NCBI GenBank assembly: GCA_963674755.2
Contig: CAXXVS010000003.1
Location: forward strand, 1,888,001 to 1,952,000
Length of the DNA stretch: 64,000 nt
Source: Desulfobacterales bacterium
GTDB taxonomy: Bacteria > Desulfobacterota > Desulfobacteria > Desulfobacterales > UBA5852
Reading direction: 5' to 3'
The notes below the pieces were generated by a model. That model ran no database searches, was not told where the DNA came from, and saw only the letters and a list, made by a program, of their open reading frames with translations. The position numbers and the translations under genes are program-made. Within the stretch, counting starts at the first letter, position 1. Every line of letters starts with the position of its first letter. Positions 62,172-64,000 of the stretch are shown here, piece by piece.

Positions 62172-63320
62172 GTGTCCATTACCCTGACCAGCAAACTGCC
62201 CGACGTCGGCCTGACCATCTTTTCGGCCATGTCCCAGCTGGCGGCCGAACACGGTGCCGTCAATCTTTCCCAGGGATTTCCGGATTTCGCGGTCAGCCTG
62301 GCCCTGATCGACCGGGTGGTCCACTACATGCGCAAGGGGTGCAACCAATACGCCCCCATGACCGGAGCGGCCTCCCTGCGGGCGGCGATTGCCGCCAAAA
62401 CGGCCGACCTGTATGACGCCCCCTACGATCCGGAAAGCGAAGTCACCGTCACCTCGGGGGCCACGGAAGCCGTCTTCGCCGCTATCACGGCGGTGGTGCG
62501 CCCCGGCGATGAGGTGATCATCATCGAGCCGGCCTACGATGCCTACGAGCCGGCGGTGCGCTTGAGCGGCGGCCGTCCGGTGTTCGTCCCCCTGACCTTT
62601 CCCGGCTACCGCCTGGATTGGGATCGGGTGCGTGGGGTCCTCAACGCCCGGACGCGGCTGCTGATCCTCAATTCGCCCCACAACCCCACCGGTACCGTCC
62701 TGGGCGCCGAAGACATCCTGCAATTGAAAGCACTTGTGGCCGGCACCGACGTGCTGATTTTAAGCGATGAAGTCTACGAACACATTCTCTTTGACGGACG
62801 CCGCCACGAGAGCATGGCCCGCTATCCCGAACTGCGCCGGCGCAGTTTCGTGGTCAGCTCCTTCGGGAAGACCTATCACGCTACCGGCTGGAAGATCGGC
62901 TACTGTCTGGCGCCGGCCGATCTGAGCAGCGAATTGCGCAAGATCCACCAGTATCTGACCTTTGCTTCCAACACACCAATCCAGTTGGCCCTGGCCGATT
63001 ATCTGCAACATACCACCGACCATCTGGAACTGTCCGCTTTCTACCAGAAGAAAAGAGACCACTTCCGCTCGCTCCTGCGCCCCTCCCGGCTACGGCCCCT
63101 GGCCTGTGAAGGAACCTATTTCCAGATGGTGGACTATACCGCCGTCAGCGACGAGCCCGACACGGCCTTTGCGCGCCGGATGACCATCGAATACGGCGTG
63201 GCCGCCATTCCGCCCTCGGTGTTTTATCACGGACGGGACGACCACCGTGTGCTGCGGTTTTGTTTCGCCAAGAACGACACCACTCTAAAGGAGGCCGCCG
63301 ACAAGCTATGCCGCATCTGA
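62172..63320 (+). CDS. ybdL: Methionine aminotransferase (class I PLP)
   Basis: SKLPDVGLTIFS.MS, NLSQGFPDF, SDEVYEH, SFGKTYHATGWKIGY. Confidence 0.88.
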   Translation: MSITLTSKLPDVGLTIFSAMSQLAAEHGAVNLSQGFPDFAVSLALIDRVVHYMRKGCNQYAPMTGAASLRAAIAAKTADLYDAPYDPESEVTVTSGATEAVFAAITAVVRPGDEVIIIEPAYDAYEPAVRLSGGRPVFVPLTFPGYRLDWDRVRGVLNARTRLLILNSPHNPTGTVLGAEDILQLKALVAGTDVLILSDEVYEHILFDGRRHESMARYPELRRRSFVVSSFGKTYHATGWKIGYCLAPADLSSELRKIHQYLTFASNTPIQLALADYLQHTTDHLELSAFYQKKRDHFRSLLRPSRLRPLACEGTYFQMVDYTAVSDEPDTAFARRMTIEYGVAAIPPSVFYHGRDDHRVLRFCFAKNDTTLKEAADKLCRI

Positions 63321-64000
63321 AGATCGCCCTTGTGCAGACGGAACTGGTCTGGGAAGATCCCGCGGCGAACCGGATCCGCTTCGATGAGCGCTTGGCCGCC
63401 CTGGATGGCGCGGCCGATGTCGTGGTGCTGCCGGAGATGTTTACGACGGGATTCACCATGGCCGGTCCCCGTCTGGCGGAACCCATGGACGGCCCCTCGG
63501 TGGAATGGCTGCGCAGCAAAGCCGTTCAGATGAAGGTTCACCTGACGGGCAGTCTCATTATCGGCGAGGCCGGCGCGGTCTACAATCGGTTGCTGTGGGC
63601 CACGCCGGAGGGGACGCTCGACTATTATGACAAACGTCATCTATTCCGGATGAGCGGCGAGCACCACGTCTACGGTGCCGGCCGCCGTCATCTGACGGTC
63701 ACCATCGGTCCGTGGCGCGTGCGCCCCTTCATCTGCTACGATCTGCGTTTTCCGGTCTGGACCCGCAATGTCGGGCCCGCTTACGATGCGGCTCTTTTCG
63801 TGGCCAACTGGCCGGCCGCCCGGGCGGCCCACTGGATGGCCCTGTTAAAAGCCCGAGCTATCGAAAACCAGGCCTATGTGATCGGAGTCAACCGGGTGGG
63901 GCGCGACGGCAAAGGCCACGCTTACGCCGGGGATTCCATTGTGCTGGATCCCCTGGGAGAGATCATCTATCACGCCGCAGACCGTGAGGTCGTCCATACG
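63308..64000 (+). CDS. Omega-amidase / carbon-nitrogen hydrolase (YafV-like), runs off the window end
   Basis: Manual translation MPHLKIALVQTELVWEDP...LPEMFTTGF...YDKRHLF...ICYDLRFPVW...NWP..R...ARAIENQ; missing from the ORF track because there is no stop in the window. Confidence 0.9.
   Translation, partial: MPHLKIALVQTELVWEDPAANRIRFDERLAALDGAADVVVLPEMFTTGFTMAGPRLAEPMDGPSVEWLRSKAVQMKVHLTGSLIIGEAGAVYNRLLWATPEGTLDYYDKRHLFRMSGEHHVYGAGRRHLTVTIGPWRVRPFICYDLRFPVWTRNVGPAYDAALFVANWPAARAAHWMALLKARAIENQAYVIGVNRVGRDGKGHAYAGDSIVLDPLGEIIYHAADREVVHT

Overview
The window has two parts. (1) Positions 1 to ~19,860 are the right-hand part of an integrative element inserted at the 3' end of tmRNA (ssrA, 19861-20212, minus strand); its other end lies left of the window. 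It carries a tyrosine integrase, an excisionase-like HTH gene, an HGGxSTG-type gene and a Zn-finger/TOPRIM/P-loop primase-helicase followed by an iteron-like AT-rich tract. It also carries a near full-length DNA polymerase III alpha (dnaE) with a compositionally distinct 3' end that appears to lack the internal beta-clamp motif, and three tandem Rha-domain units, each with a different palindrome at the same codon position. Further cargo is a decayed Rad52/PD-(D/E)XK fusion, a MoxR-AAA + DUF3150-like + metallopeptidase-vWA triad, and possible defence genes (truncated RES, DUF488 plus a partner). No capsid, terminase or relaxase gene is visible. (2) Positions ~19,861-64,000 are GC-rich host chromosome, inferred to be from a Desulfobacterales-like deltaproteobacterium. 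This part has ssrA, smpB, ptsI/ptsH, a LOG-family gene, a Liv-type ABC transporter with an embedded acyl-CoA ligase, and a large acyl-CoA and branched-chain fatty acid catabolic region (acyl-CoA dehydrogenases, hbd, thiolase, icmF, a liu-like cluster, acetoacetyl-CoA synthetase). It ends with the ybdL/yafV pair. Intergenic spaces hold a family of ~120-200 bp covarying palindromic repeats, including a 4-unit tandem array with an internal micro-inversion. All family calls come from motif recognition by eye; no database searches were run.
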